Positions 55,476 through 64,000 of a stretch of 64,000 nucleotides of DNA are shown piece by piece. The stretch's first letter is position 1, and each line of letters begins with the position of its first letter. The stretch spans positions 18,938 to 82,937 of IMG/VR virus record IMGVR_UViG_2870609773_000001. One strand, 5' to 3'. A program made the position numbers and the translations under genes. The notes below the pieces were generated by a model. It did not search any database and was not told the DNA's origin. It worked only from the letters and a program-made list of their open reading frames with translations. Source of the DNA: a virus. Taxonomy: Duplodnaviria; Caudoviricetes.

Positions 55476-55936
55476 GACTCCATGCCTCTCGACCCGTTCG
55501 GGCCGTCGTGCGCCGTCTCGATCCGCTCCAGCAGCATCGCCGCCGTGTTCTGCCCGGTCGGGGCCGCCACCGGACTGTTCTTGTCCTTCGGGGTGCACCG
55601 GTCGCCGTGCTCCATCAGCTCGCGGCCGGCGTGCGTCCACGAACTGTCCGCCCGCTGGACGACCGGCTGGCCGCAGGTGCGGCACGGGATCTCCTCCGTA
55701 ACGGCGAGGGGCGGCAGGTCGGCGCTGGCCTCGATGTCGCGGGTCGCCTGCCGGAGTTCCCCGATGTACGTCTTCGCGTCGGCGATCTTCGTTTGGAGGG
55801 CGTTCACCTGCTCCTGCCAGGCGGCGATGTCGTTGGCCGCCCGCTGGATCTCCGGGTCCACGGTGCGGCGGAACAGTTCGACGACCTGCGGCCGGTAGGC
55901 GAGACGCTGCTCGAAAACACTGCTGGTGGTGCTCAA
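55472..55936 (-). CDS. Coiled-coil + Zn-ribbon hypothetical protein
   Basis: TTG start with AGGAG RBS; CRTCG...W.H...C. Confidence 0.6.
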   Translation of the reverse strand: MSTTSSVFEQRLAYRPQVVELFRRTVDPEIQRAANDIAAWQEQVNALQTKIADAKTYIGELRQATRDIEASADLPPLAVTEEIPCRTCGQPVVQRADSSWTHAGRELMEHGDRCTPKDKNSPVAAPTGQNTAAMLLERIETAHDGPNGSRGMES

Positions 55937-55977
55937 GTTGATCTCCTGCTAGTACGAGTGTTCGGTCGATCGGGGCG

Positions 55978-55999
55978 CTCTCCCCGCCCCCGGGGAGAG
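55978..55999 (-). terminator. Intergenic hairpin after HAD gene
   Basis: CTCTCCCCG-CCCC-CGGGGAGAG. Confidence 0.45.
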
Positions 56000-56017
56000 G
56001 AGAGCGACAGGGGAGGA

Positions 56018-56524
56018 TCAGGGCTGAGGGGTGAGGGCGGCCAGCCAGTCGGCGGCCTGCTGCACGTGCTCGGCGGACAGCCCCAAGCCGGCGGGCACGT
56101 CCACGATCAGGAAGTCGCTGACGCCTGCTTGATCCGCCAGGTAGGCGCGGTCTGTGGCGTCGAGTTCGTCGTCGAACCACACGAACGGGCGGCCCGCCAC
56201 ATACGCGGCGACGGGCGGCACCTTCGGGTTGATCCACGGCTCGTCGTCGCCCGCCATGACGTCGATCACCGGCAGCTTGGGCAGGCCGATCTTCGGGCCG
56301 ATCTCGCGGTTGGCGTCGTCCGTCCACGTGGTCGCCCACACCAGTTCCGCGCCGGTCTGCTCGGCCAACTCCAGCAGCATCGGCCCGTGCGCCGGGTTGA
56401 GCCGCACCCGGTAGGTGCCGTTCCAGCTCTGGCAGGTGTGACGCTCCCAGCCAGGGCCGGGATCGATGGTGAGGACGTTGAGGACGCCGTCCACGTCCAG
56501 AAGGATCAGGGGGCGGGCGCTCAC
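56018..56524 (-). CDS. HAD-family phosphatase (Swiss Army Knife RNA-repair-like HAD)
   Basis: ILLDVDGVLN, LVWATTW, RPFVWFDD motifs. Confidence 0.88.
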   Translation of the reverse strand: MSARPLILLDVDGVLNVLTIDPGPGWERHTCQSWNGTYRVRLNPAHGPMLLELAEQTGAELVWATTWTDDANREIGPKIGLPKLPVIDVMAGDDEPWINPKVPPVAAYVAGRPFVWFDDELDATDRAYLADQAGVSDFLIVDVPAGLGLSAEHVQQAADWLAALTPQP

Positions 56525-56808
56525 GACTCACCACCAGCCTTTCGCTCGGCCTTGGCCGCGAGGTAGTCGATGCACTCCTTCATCCCGGCCTCGTAGCCGA
56601 GAGCGGCCTGCGTCTCCTTGCGGATCCGGTTGCCCTGGCGGGTCCAGGCGCGGGGCAGCTTGAAGGTCTCCGACTCCGGGTTCTCGGCCTTCTGGCGGTC
56701 GATCTCGGCACGGAGCCGCTCATACGGGATGCCCATAAGGAGCGCCACCGCCTCGGTGGAGATCATCGGCTCACCGTTGACCATGGTGTAGAGAGGCGTG
56801 TCGGTCAT
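56521..56808 (-). CDS. Small HTH-like protein
   Basis: ISTEAVALLMGIPYERL. Confidence 0.55.
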   Translation of the reverse strand: MTDTPLYTMVNGEPMISTEAVALLMGIPYERLRAEIDRQKAENPESETFKLPRAWTRQGNRIRKETQAALGYEAGMKECIDYLAAKAERKAGGES

Positions 56809-57722
56809 TAGGACGCACCGCCCTCGATGGCGAACAGCGGGTTGTTCATGTGCTGGTTGCCGCGCAAGCCGTCCTTGATGAGCTGCGCTTTAAACAGCAG
56901 CTCGGCGTTGCCCGGCCGGACGTAGGTGCGGAAGCGGCGGCGACCGCCGTGGAAGCCGGCCTCATGCAGGTACAGGAACGGCTTGCCCTTGGCCTTCGGC
57001 TCCAGGTGGCGCGGTCCCGGCTTGTACTCCTGCTTGACCTCGTCCCACACCTTGCCGCGCTCGTCGATGACGTAGTCCGCGCCGTACAGATGCTCGAAGA
57101 ATCTGAGGTGGGGCACCTCGGAGAAGTGCTTCTTGTGGAAGCGGGTGAGGGTCATGCCAGGGCCGCCCTCGTACTCGTCGAGCTTTCGCTCACTGCGGGA
57201 GGCGCGGTGCTCGGCCCTGTCGGCACGCTCCTCCAGTTCGCGGTTGGATGCTTCCAGCGCCCGGTTCCGCTTGAGGGTGGCGACGTACCGCTCGGCGACT
57301 TCGAGCTCATCCAGGTCCGTTGCCGGGAACGTCTCTTTGCCCTGCGCCTTGTCGAGGAGGCGGGTACGGATTGCGCGAGCTTTCTTCGACTCGCGAAGCA
57401 GCATGGCCACGTTGAGGACGGTCCGCTCCGTGAACCGGGCGTAGGACTTTCCTCGGGTGGCGATTCCACAGAGGTCCTTGAAGGACCTCAGTTCGTCTCC
57501 GCTGATGACGTTGTACTCGTTGTCTTCGAGTTCGGGCCGGTTGTCCTTGACGAGGCTCTTGATCGCTTCAACGCCGACGCCGAAGTAGGCGGCGACCATC
57601 TCCGTGGAGACGTGTTTGCCGTCGTTCATAAGGGCGATGGGATCGATCTCGCGGAGGACTTCAACCTGATCGGCGTACTCCATGCGGAGCGCGCTGGACT
57701 CGGTCAGGGCCAACTCGTTCAC
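56808..57722 (-). CDS. Antirepressor-like DNA-binding protein
   Basis: VSTEMVAAYFGV..EAIKSLVKDNRPEL...RTVLNVAMLLRES..AR.IRT.LLD N-domain plus coiled coil. Confidence 0.7.
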   Translation of the reverse strand: MNELALTESSALRMEYADQVEVLREIDPIALMNDGKHVSTEMVAAYFGVGVEAIKSLVKDNRPELEDNEYNVISGDELRSFKDLCGIATRGKSYARFTERTVLNVAMLLRESKKARAIRTRLLDKAQGKETFPATDLDELEVAERYVATLKRNRALEASNRELEERADRAEHRASRSERKLDEYEGGPGMTLTRFHKKHFSEVPHLRFFEHLYGADYVIDERGKVWDEVKQEYKPGPRHLEPKAKGKPFLYLHEAGFHGGRRRFRTYVRPGNAELLFKAQLIKDGLRGNQHMNNPLFAIEGGAS

Positions 57723-57976
57723 GCTGCCTCCAGCGGAACGATCTCCCAGAGGTCATCGAAGGCGGCGCCGTCGAAAGCGGCGACCAGGGAGGCGATGAAC
57801 TCCTTGGACGGCGTCTGGTAGCCATTGAGGACCTTGTTGACGGTGCCCTGGTGGTGGCCCATTTTGTCGGCGAGCCGCTGTTCGGTGGTGAGGCCGGCGA
57901 TGCGCCTGTACTTGTCGAGCTGGTCGCGGCGGAGCCGGATCGTGCACTTCACGGTTACCTCCTTTCGGCTGGTCAT
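57719..57976 (-). CDS. Cro-like XRE HTH protein
   Basis: GLTTEQRLADKMGHHQGTVNKVLNG..TPS..FIASL; divergent from repressor. Confidence 0.8.
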   Translation of the reverse strand: MTSRKEVTVKCTIRLRRDQLDKYRRIAGLTTEQRLADKMGHHQGTVNKVLNGYQTPSKEFIASLVAAFDGAAFDDLWEIVPLEAA

Positions 57977-57999
57977 GAGGGGTTCTCCACCCCTCGGAC

Positions 58000-58050
58000 T
58001 ATCCGTGTACGGATAAGCGTATACCGTTGACGCATATCCCTCAACGGATA
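58000..58050. promoter_or_regulatory. Three tandem operators overlapping the cro promoter
   Basis: TATCCGTGTACGGATA (58000), ATACCGTTGACGCATA (58021), TATCCCTCAACGGATA (58035); minus-strand TTGAGG-17bp-TACGCT. Confidence 0.7.
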
Positions 58051-58087
58051 CAGCCCTGTTTGACTCAGGGAATCCGCGCTGGTCAGG

Positions 58088-58122
58088 TAGACCGGGCATG
58101 CGCGCACGCATAGACTCCGCTC
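58088..58122 (+). promoter_or_regulatory. Putative leaderless repressor promoter
   Basis: TAGACC-17bp-TAGACT then 6 nt to GTG start; no SD. Confidence 0.55.
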
Positions 58123-58437
58123 GTGAGCTGGTGGGAGTACGTGCAGAAGATCACCGGTGCCGCATCGCAGCCGGCGATCGCCGAGCGGGTGGGCATCGCG
58201 CAGTCGAGCGTCAACCGCTGGAAGACCGTCATCCCCAAGAGCGAGAACGTGATCGCGTTCGCCAAGGCGTACAACCGGCCACCGCTTGAAGCGCTGCTCG
58301 CCGCAGGACTCGTCAGCGAAGAGGACATCGAGCTGACGCAGGTCCCCCGGGACTACGCCGAGATGACCGCCGAAGAACTCGTCACCGAGATGGGCCGCAT
58401 AGCCGCTGAGATGCGTCGTCGTATCGAAGAGGACTGA
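58123..58437 (+). CDS. CI-like XRE repressor (no C-terminal peptidase)
   Basis: SQPAIAERVGIAQSSVNRWK...AKAYNRPPLEALLAAGL. Confidence 0.85.
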   Translation: MSWWEYVQKITGAASQPAIAERVGIAQSSVNRWKTVIPKSENVIAFAKAYNRPPLEALLAAGLVSEEDIELTQVPRDYAEMTAEELVTEMGRIAAEMRRRIEED

Positions 58438-58483
58438 CACCGCTCCTCCTTCCTGGTTCTCGGTGTGGGTCTAGGGGTGTGCC

Positions 58484-58521
58484 GCTACCGGCCCCGACCC
58501 CCGATGGACGGGGCCGGTAGC
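58484..58521. terminator. Bidirectional terminator between convergent genes
   Basis: GCTACCGGCCCCG / CGGGGCCGGTAGC 13-bp stem. Confidence 0.7.
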
Positions 58522-58531
58522 GCAAGGAAGA

Positions 58532-59281
58532 TCAGGCGGGGATGACGACGATCGCCGTACGAACGCCGGTCCCGGACTCCCTGAAGGCGTCCTCCGGCAG
58601 CGGGATCACCTCGCCGCCGCGCTCGTCGAGCAGAGCGCGGAAGTCGGCAGCGGTCCGGTTCGTCCTGAACGAGACGCTTATCGACATCACCGACACCAGG
58701 CGACCGCCAGGCTTCACCAAGTCGAGGGCATGCCGGACATGAGTGATGTCTGCCTGCTTGGCGAACGGCGGGTTCATGACGGCGGCGTCATACCGCTCAC
58801 CCGCCAGGTCGCCGAGCTGAACCGTCAGGAAGTCGGCGAGCAGTACCTGCCGCGCATACCCGGCCTCGCGAACGACCGCCGCCCTCTCGGGGTCGAGCTC
58901 CACACAGTCCACGACCAGCCCGCGCGCGGCCATGGGGCCTGCGATGGCACCAGTGCCGGCAGATGGCTCCAGGACGGTCGAACCCGCCGAGAGGTTCGCG
59001 AGGTCCAGCAGGTGTTCCACCACCGTGGGTGGAGTCGGGAAGTACCCGAGGTCCTGCGGTGTGGTGATCTGCCCGGTGAGGAGCACCTGCTCCAGCACCT
59101 CGGACGGGTCGCCGTCGAACAGGTGGGCCTTGGCCTTCCGGTTCCACTTCCCGCCCGTCGCCTGCAAGACCTTGTCCACCTTCTTGTAGAAGGCGTATTC
59201 CATCTGGCCCGCGATGCGGACCTGGTTGCCGTCGATGACCAGGGCGTCGATCTCGGCGAGGACATCAGTACTGACGCGCAT
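58532..59281 (-). CDS. Class I SAM-dependent (likely N6-adenine DNA) methyltransferase
   Basis: YFPTP, VLEPSAGTGAI, MNPPF motifs. Confidence 0.88.
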   Translation of the reverse strand: MRVSTDVLAEIDALVIDGNQVRIAGQMEYAFYKKVDKVLQATGGKWNRKAKAHLFDGDPSEVLEQVLLTGQITTPQDLGYFPTPPTVVEHLLDLANLSAGSTVLEPSAGTGAIAGPMAARGLVVDCVELDPERAAVVREAGYARQVLLADFLTVQLGDLAGERYDAAVMNPPFAKQADITHVRHALDLVKPGGRLVSVMSISVSFRTNRTAADFRALLDERGGEVIPLPEDAFRESGTGVRTAIVVIPA

Positions 59282-59299
59282 GACTGCCTTTCTGGATGG

Positions 59300-59710
59300 C
59301 TAGAACGGGGCCTCGGAGTCGACCGGCTCCCACGCGTGGACCGAGAGCATCCGCCGCCACAACTGCGCCGCCGCGTGCCGGTTGACGTACGCGATCACGC
59401 CCTTGTCCGGCGAGATCGGCGGCCCGCTGGGCTCAGCCGGGAAGTTCGGCCCGCCCGTGACCGCCCACTCCTCGCGCTTCTCCAGCGCCTCCCACTCGGC
59501 GATCCGCTGGCGGGCCGCACGCAGCTCGGCGATGAGATCGGGCACCTGGATGTAGACCATCTGGCCCCAGGCCGGCAGTGCGTCCGGCCCGGCTGCCAGG
59601 TCGAGGAGCTTCTCCAGAGCGTCCAGGTCGAGGGGCGGCGCCTGCTCCGGCTCCTCCGGCTCGCCCGGCTCCCGGTCGTTCGGCGAGGACAGGTCGTCCA
59701 TGTGGGTCAT
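59300..59710 (-). CDS. Hypothetical protein
   Basis: VPDLIAELRAAR motif; GGAG RBS. Confidence 0.6.
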   Translation of the reverse strand: MTHMDDLSSPNDREPGEPEEPEQAPPLDLDALEKLLDLAAGPDALPAWGQMVYIQVPDLIAELRAARQRIAEWEALEKREEWAVTGGPNFPAEPSGPPISPDKGVIAYVNRHAAAQLWRRMLSVHAWEPVDSEAPF

Positions 59711-59720
59711 GAGGGGTCTC

Positions 59721-59855
59721 CTAGGCGATGTAGTGGGCGGCGACGGCGACCACTGCGACAATGAGGACGGCGAACCCGAGCAGTTTCAGCAGGCCACTGG
59801 CCAGGCATCCGGGAGAGTCGTCTCGCTCGTCACGGGCGGGAGTGGGCCAGATCAT
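59721..59855 (-). CDS. Small membrane peptide
   Basis: 44 aa, C-terminal TM; GAGGAG RBS. Confidence 0.4.
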   Translation of the reverse strand: MIWPTPARDERDDSPGCLASGLLKLLGFAVLIVAVVAVAAHYIA

Positions 59856-59999
59856 GGAGGTCTCCTCAGGGGGCGTGGAGGTCGGAGGGATTGCCGATGA
59901 CGGCCTGCTCCCTCAGGTGGTAAGCGGCCATCGCCGTACAGCAGGCGCACTCACCGCAGCGCACGCCGGACTCGTAGACGGCCTGGCATTCGAGCTCGG

Positions 60000-60509
60000 T
60001 CATGGCGTCGGCTCACCGCCAGAGATGACCCACTTGCCGTCCGGGCTCGGGTACGCCCATGTGGTGCCGAGCAGCAGGACGGGTACGTCCAGCGGGTCGA
60101 AGCCCGTCCGCACCAGGTAGCCGTGGTTGTACGCCTCGGTGCGGTGCGACTCCACGTAGCCGTGGCAGCCGGTCGTCCCCGAGCCGCACAACAGCAGCAG
60201 GTTCTCGGCCGTGTTCTCGCCGCCGCGGCCCCGCGGGATCCGGTGGTGGATGGAGTCCTCATCGCGCGGCACCACAGCACCGCAGCGGACGCACGCCTTG
60301 TCGCGGGCCTCCACTAGGGCGCGGAGCTTCGGAGACGGGCCGGAGTTCGGCTGAGGGAACTTCAGATGCCAGCCGTTCCGGCACAGCTCCACGTCGGACG
60401 GCAGGACGCTCCGCAGCCCGAGGGCGTGCATCCGGTCCAGTCGCCGGCGGGCCTCTGCCTCGTTGGCGAAGGTCTCCTTGTTGCAGCAGGGCTGCACGCG
60501 GGTTTTCAT
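60000..60509 (-). CDS. HNH endonuclease
   Basis: CVRCG...IHHRIPRGRGG.N..ENLLLLCGSGTTGCHG. Confidence 0.88.
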   Translation of the reverse strand: MKTRVQPCCNKETFANEAEARRRLDRMHALGLRSVLPSDVELCRNGWHLKFPQPNSGPSPKLRALVEARDKACVRCGAVVPRDEDSIHHRIPRGRGGENTAENLLLLCGSGTTGCHGYVESHRTEAYNHGYLVRTGFDPLDVPVLLLGTTWAYPSPDGKWVISGGEPTP

Positions 60510-60886
60510 CGCCCGCTCCCGGCGATCTCGTACGCCTGCCGCACCGACGCGCCCAGCGAGCGGACGATCTCCGCTTGGTCGCGGACCACCCTCAGGTGGT
60601 CCTGCGCGGCTTCACGCTTGGCCACTGCTATGTCGTAGTGGTAGCGCTGGCCTGCCGCCTGCTCGTCCACCCACGCGTCTCGCTCAGCGGTGGTGAAGCC
60701 GCCGCGGGTCACCTTCGGGCAGTCGCCGGAGAACATCGCCCGCCGCTTCGCGGCCTCGTAGGCGTGTTTGGCGTCCACCTCAGCGTCCCGCGCCTGAGCG
60801 AGAGCCTGCTGGGCGCGGGTCAGGTCCGTCACCAGGCGGCGAAGACGAGCCTCGACACCGGTAGGGGTGGTCAGGTCATCACTCAC
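60506..60886 (-). CDS. Conserved coiled-coil phage protein
   Basis: TTAERDAWVD...SLGASVRQAY motif. Confidence 0.7.
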   Translation of the reverse strand: MSDDLTTPTGVEARLRRLVTDLTRAQQALAQARDAEVDAKHAYEAAKRRAMFSGDCPKVTRGGFTTAERDAWVDEQAAGQRYHYDIAVAKREAAQDHLRVVRDQAEIVRSLGASVRQAYEIAGSGR

Positions 60887-61391
60887 TGGGCTCACCGCCG
60901 CGGCGGACGCCGAGCATGCCAGCCAGGTCGATGCCGTCGATCTGTGGCAGGTCCTTCTCCTCGACAACATCCAGGAACCGCTCGGCGCCGTCGTCGGCGT
61001 AGAACCGCTGCGAAGGAGTCGCCCCGAGACCGATCTCCACGCCGGGGATCTCCCGGCCTTCCTTGTCCACCGGTGCGCCGTTCTTCAGCGCCTCCTCCAG
61101 CACCTTCACCTCGTACGCGGTCCGCACGGTCGGGATGTGCTCGACCTCGGTGGGCGCGGTCTCCTGGACGAACGCGACGAACTTGTCCCTGTCGGTGACG
61201 ATCGCCTTCGGCTCCGGCTCCGTCATGGCGACCTTGCCCAGCCGGGCGGCGCCGAGCTTGGCCGCGTTCTTGTCGCCGGGCTCCTGCTCAATAAACGGCG
61301 TCACGTACTTGAGAGCCGCGCTGATCTGCGACTGGCGCATCTTCAGCAGCGCGAACACCATCCGTGCGTCCTTCGGGGTCAGGTCGCTCAT
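60879..61391 (-). CDS. Hypothetical protein (recombination-module associated)
   Basis: VTDRDKFVAFV...GREIPGVE motif. Confidence 0.65.
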   Translation of the reverse strand: MSDLTPKDARMVFALLKMRQSQISAALKYVTPFIEQEPGDKNAAKLGAARLGKVAMTEPEPKAIVTDRDKFVAFVQETAPTEVEHIPTVRTAYEVKVLEEALKNGAPVDKEGREIPGVEIGLGATPSQRFYADDGAERFLDVVEEKDLPQIDGIDLAGMLGVRRGGEPSE

Positions 61392-61795
61392 GCCGCCTCG
61401 TCTCCTCTCGGCGTGACGTGGACCTCGATGTCGTACTCCCAGCCGATCGCGTTCATCGACGCGTACCGGTGCTCCTTGATGCGCACATGGACGGGGATCG
61501 TGAACGGCTCCGCGTCATCCGCCAGCGGGCGCCCCCAGAGCACCTCACGGCCGCCGATCAGTTCTGGCTCGTCGCAGGCCAGGTAGTCGTGAATGTCGGG
61601 GAACAGGTCGTCCCCGCCCGCCGGGCAGTCCTGGCACGACAGCGACGGCTGCTCGCCGGGCTCGCCCTCGACCTGCCAGGCGTGCCCCGAGGGGCGGGCC
61701 GCGCACGCGGTGATGTCGCGGTCCCGCACCTCCAGCCAGTCGAGGAAGTTCGTCTCCTCAGACGGCTTCTCGGGTTCGATCTCGAAGAGGATCAC
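61388..61795 (-). CDS. Hypothetical protein
   Basis: GTGA overlap with ATPase stop. Confidence 0.55.
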   Translation of the reverse strand: MILFEIEPEKPSEETNFLDWLEVRDRDITACAARPSGHAWQVEGEPGEQPSLSCQDCPAGGDDLFPDIHDYLACDEPELIGGREVLWGRPLADDAEPFTIPVHVRIKEHRYASMNAIGWEYDIEVHVTPRGDEAA

Positions 61796-62817
61796 GCGGC
61801 GGCTCCGTGCGACTCGGACGTCATCTGTCCCTTCAGCGCCCGCACGCGGGCCCGAACCAGTTCCGCTTCCGGGGCGGTGATCTCGCCGGCCTTGCCGAGC
61901 GGGTTGATCGCGGTCCACACGCCCTGAAGGGCGTCGAGGTTCGCGGCGTCTTCGGCTTCGCTCAGCAGCCGCTTGGCCGCGTCGGACAGGTTGTCCAAGT
62001 CCGGGGACTCGTCGCCGGGCTTCATCTCGGTCATGTCGCGGACGTTCGCCGCGGACGGATCACACTTGAGGGCGTCGAAGATGAGGCGTTCCAGCGTGAA
62101 GTCCGGCATCGGCTGCGGCTTGTCCACACCCGGGCGGATCTCCGCGTGAACCGAACGCGCTCCGACGACGATGGGCGGGTGCTCGCGGGACAGGCGGACC
62201 CAGACGGAGGCGTCGAAGGCGAGGTTCTTGTGGCCCTCCACCTTGTAGTCCTTCGACCCTTCGACCGGCCTGCCGGACGCGTCGAGGGAGGCGACCTCCT
62301 TGCCGCGGGCCGTCATGACCACGATCCCGGGGAAGGTCATCAGCACCGTCATCAGGCGCCGGTGCCGGGCGGTGGCGTCGTTCCACAGGTTCATGGGCAC
62401 CTGCACCTCAGCGTTCGGATCCCGCTGCAGCCGCTGCTGGTTCGACCTCGACCCCTTGGCGCGGTTCGCCGCCCAGTCCTTGAGCAGGTCCCACTCGGCC
62501 GTCATCGAGTCGATGACCAGCACCACCGGCGGTTCGCCAGCGTCGGCCGCCCGGGCAGCTTCCTGCCGGATCTCTGCGACCTGGCCCACGATGTCCTGCC
62601 ACGTGCCGTCGTGCTCCACCACGAGATAGCGCGCTCCAGGGATCGCGCCGTACTCGTCGGCGGCGCCCTCGTTGAGGTCGATCCAGTACGTCTGGCCGAC
62701 CTTCTCGGAGGCGGACAGTTCGGCGGCAGCCCAGCTCTTGCCCGCCTTTTCTCCGCCTTCAAGGAGGACAACCGGCCAGGGCACCACGCCGGTGGGCTTC
62801 CTCGTCTTGATCGCCAT
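61792..62817 (-). CDS. AAA ATPase (AAA_24/Sak4-like recombination protein)
   Basis: LLEGGEKAGKS Walker A; LVIDSMT Walker B. Confidence 0.85.
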   Translation of the reverse strand: MAIKTRKPTGVVPWPVVLLEGGEKAGKSWAAAELSASEKVGQTYWIDLNEGAADEYGAIPGARYLVVEHDGTWQDIVGQVAEIRQEAARAADAGEPPVVLVIDSMTAEWDLLKDWAANRAKGSRSNQQRLQRDPNAEVQVPMNLWNDATARHRRLMTVLMTFPGIVVMTARGKEVASLDASGRPVEGSKDYKVEGHKNLAFDASVWVRLSREHPPIVVGARSVHAEIRPGVDKPQPMPDFTLERLIFDALKCDPSAANVRDMTEMKPGDESPDLDNLSDAAKRLLSEAEDAANLDALQGVWTAINPLGKAGEITAPEAELVRARVRALKGQMTSESHGAAA

Positions 62818-63086
62818 CAGGCGTCGTCTCCCTTGTTCTTGGGGGCGCGGCGGCCGGCCTTGCGGATGCTCGCCCTGACCGTCAGCAGCCACGCCACGTG
62901 GTCCGTCACCGACTGCTCCAGCACTCGCGTGCACTCGTGGTCGTGCTGCACGACCAGACCGCGCCAACCGCGCTGCTTGCCGAGCCTGAGGACGTCGTCC
63001 ATCCCGAGCAGGTGACCTGTCTCGGCCCAGACGCGGGTGATGACCGTGTTCACCTTCAGCCAGCGGCCCATCGCGGGAGCGGTCAC
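62817..63086 (-). CDS. Hypothetical protein
   Basis: Coupled ORF. Confidence 0.5.
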   Translation of the reverse strand: MTAPAMGRWLKVNTVITRVWAETGHLLGMDDVLRLGKQRGWRGLVVQHDHECTRVLEQSVTDHVAWLLTVRASIRKAGRRAPKNKGDDA

Positions 63087-63319
63087 GTCGCCTGCTCCTT
63101 CCGGTACAGGTCTTCCGCCTCGTCGCCGATCTCTGGGCCTCCGCCCACGGTCGGGCGTTGCCGTTCCACCAGGGCGGCGACCGCCCCGGCGTGGACCTCC
63201 AGGTGGTCACCTGCCGGGCGGGAGAGGATCTCCTCCTCCACTGCCATCCGGCGCACCTCGTGCACCGGCAGGCGCAGGCGGACAGCGGCGTCCGACAGGG
63301 ATATCCACAGGGCGCTCAT
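63083..63319 (-). CDS. Excisionase-like HTH protein
   Basis: ISLSDAAVRLRLPVHEVRRM. Confidence 0.6.
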   Translation of the reverse strand: MSALWISLSDAAVRLRLPVHEVRRMAVEEEILSRPAGDHLEVHAGAVAALVERQRPTVGGGPEIGDEAEDLYRKEQAT

Positions 63320-63597
63320 GCTCCCGCTCCCGCCTTCTCAGCGAGACGGGCAGCCTCAACGGGGTGGAGCGCGGCGACCGCGACGAGTTCCTCGTGCTCG
63401 GGCCGCTCCCGCCACCCGGCGAGGTCCACCCAGCCGCCGCTGTTGCGGCCGATTGTGGGCACCATGCGCACGTCTGGGCGGTGGATCCAGACGGTGTCGT
63501 CGTCCTCATAGCTGCTGACGATCCACGTGCCGTCCACGCCGTCCCAGGTGACGGTGTCGCCCTCGCGAGGCGTCCACGCGATCGTCTCGGCGTTCAC
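63316..63597 (-). CDS. Hypothetical SH3-like protein
   Basis: PREGDTVTW...W.V motif; coupled. Confidence 0.5.
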   Translation of the reverse strand: MNAETIAWTPREGDTVTWDGVDGTWIVSSYEDDDTVWIHRPDVRMVPTIGRNSGGWVDLAGWRERPEHEELVAVAALHPVEAARLAEKAGAGA

Positions 63598-63727
63598 TGC
63601 TCACGCTCCGGACGCTGCTCGGCGATCTGCGTCTCAGCCGCGTACAGCCACGGGTAGGTGCGCTTCTCCCACTCGTAGTGGTCGATCTGCTCGGCAACGG
63701 CCCTGGGCGTCGGGGGCAGCACGTACG

Positions 63728-64000
63728 TCACGACGCCACCTCACTGTCCTGCTCACCCTGCTCCGCGAGCAGAGCAGCGAGCGATGCGGCGTCAAGCAGC
63801 CGGTCCTTCTCCTGGCTGGCCTCACGCACCCGCGGGTCCCACGGGTCACCAGCGGCGAGGGCGATCACCTCCGCGGCGGGGATCTCAGGCTGCCGCTCGG
63901 TCAAGCACGCGGCCAGCAACGCCGTCCTCAAATGCCCGCCGCCGTTGTCGAGCCCGTACTCGTGGGCGTAAGCGGCGAGGGTTTCAAGTACCTTGGTCAT
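63728..64000 (-). CDS. Hypothetical protein (start at window edge)
   Basis: 90-aa ORF. Confidence 0.45.
   Translation of the reverse strand: MTKVLETLAAYAHEYGLDNGGGHLRTALLAACLTERQPEIPAAEVIALAAGDPWDPRVREASQEKDRLLDAASLAALLAEQGEQDSEVAS

Larger units (their letters stand above)
1..64000 (-). mobile_element. Actinobacterial siphovirus-type prophage/phage genome segment (both ends outside window)
   Basis: Contiguous terminase-portal-head-neck-tail-tape measure cluster, replication, regulatory and methylase genes, nearly all on the minus strand; no host housekeeping genes. Confidence 0.97.

Noticed and set aside
1-64000. Integrase, attL/attR, endolysin/holin, reverse transcriptase/DGR
   Set aside because: No motifs found in the window; no RT and no template/variable repeat pair with adenine-specific mismatches between the paralogous fibre genes

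Overview
The whole window is the interior of a lambda-like siphoviral (pro)phage from a high-GC actinomycete, judged by its WhiB and DUF397 genes and its codon style. No integrase, att site, lysis gene or flanking host gene is visible. Almost all genes lie on the minus strand. From right to left: recombination/early genes (AAA ATPase, HNH, adenine MTase); a CI/Cro-like switch (57.7-58.4 kb); an early accessory operon (antirepressor-like, HAD, C5 MTase, beta-class MTase, WhiB); replication (initiator with internal iterons, DnaC/IstB-like loader); DUF5131 and DUF397; an RHH-controlled small-gene array; putative late regulators; a BRO antirepressor operon; a displaced virion-appendage cassette (21.7-25.7 kb); terminase, portal, Mu-like head, neck and tail genes; tape measure; and a second, paralogous appendage cassette running off the left edge. 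Four observations stand out. (1) An intact HNH endonuclease gene is nested antisense inside an in-frame insertion of the DNA methyltransferase, with both frames open. (2) A three- to four-gene virion-appendage cassette is duplicated, one copy upstream of terminase and one directly after the tape measure where a distal-tail gene is expected. (3) A small-gene array has spacers that carry shared hairpin and direct-repeat elements. (4) Three separate divergent repressor/operator switches partition the early region. All family calls come from recognising motifs by eye; no database search was run.
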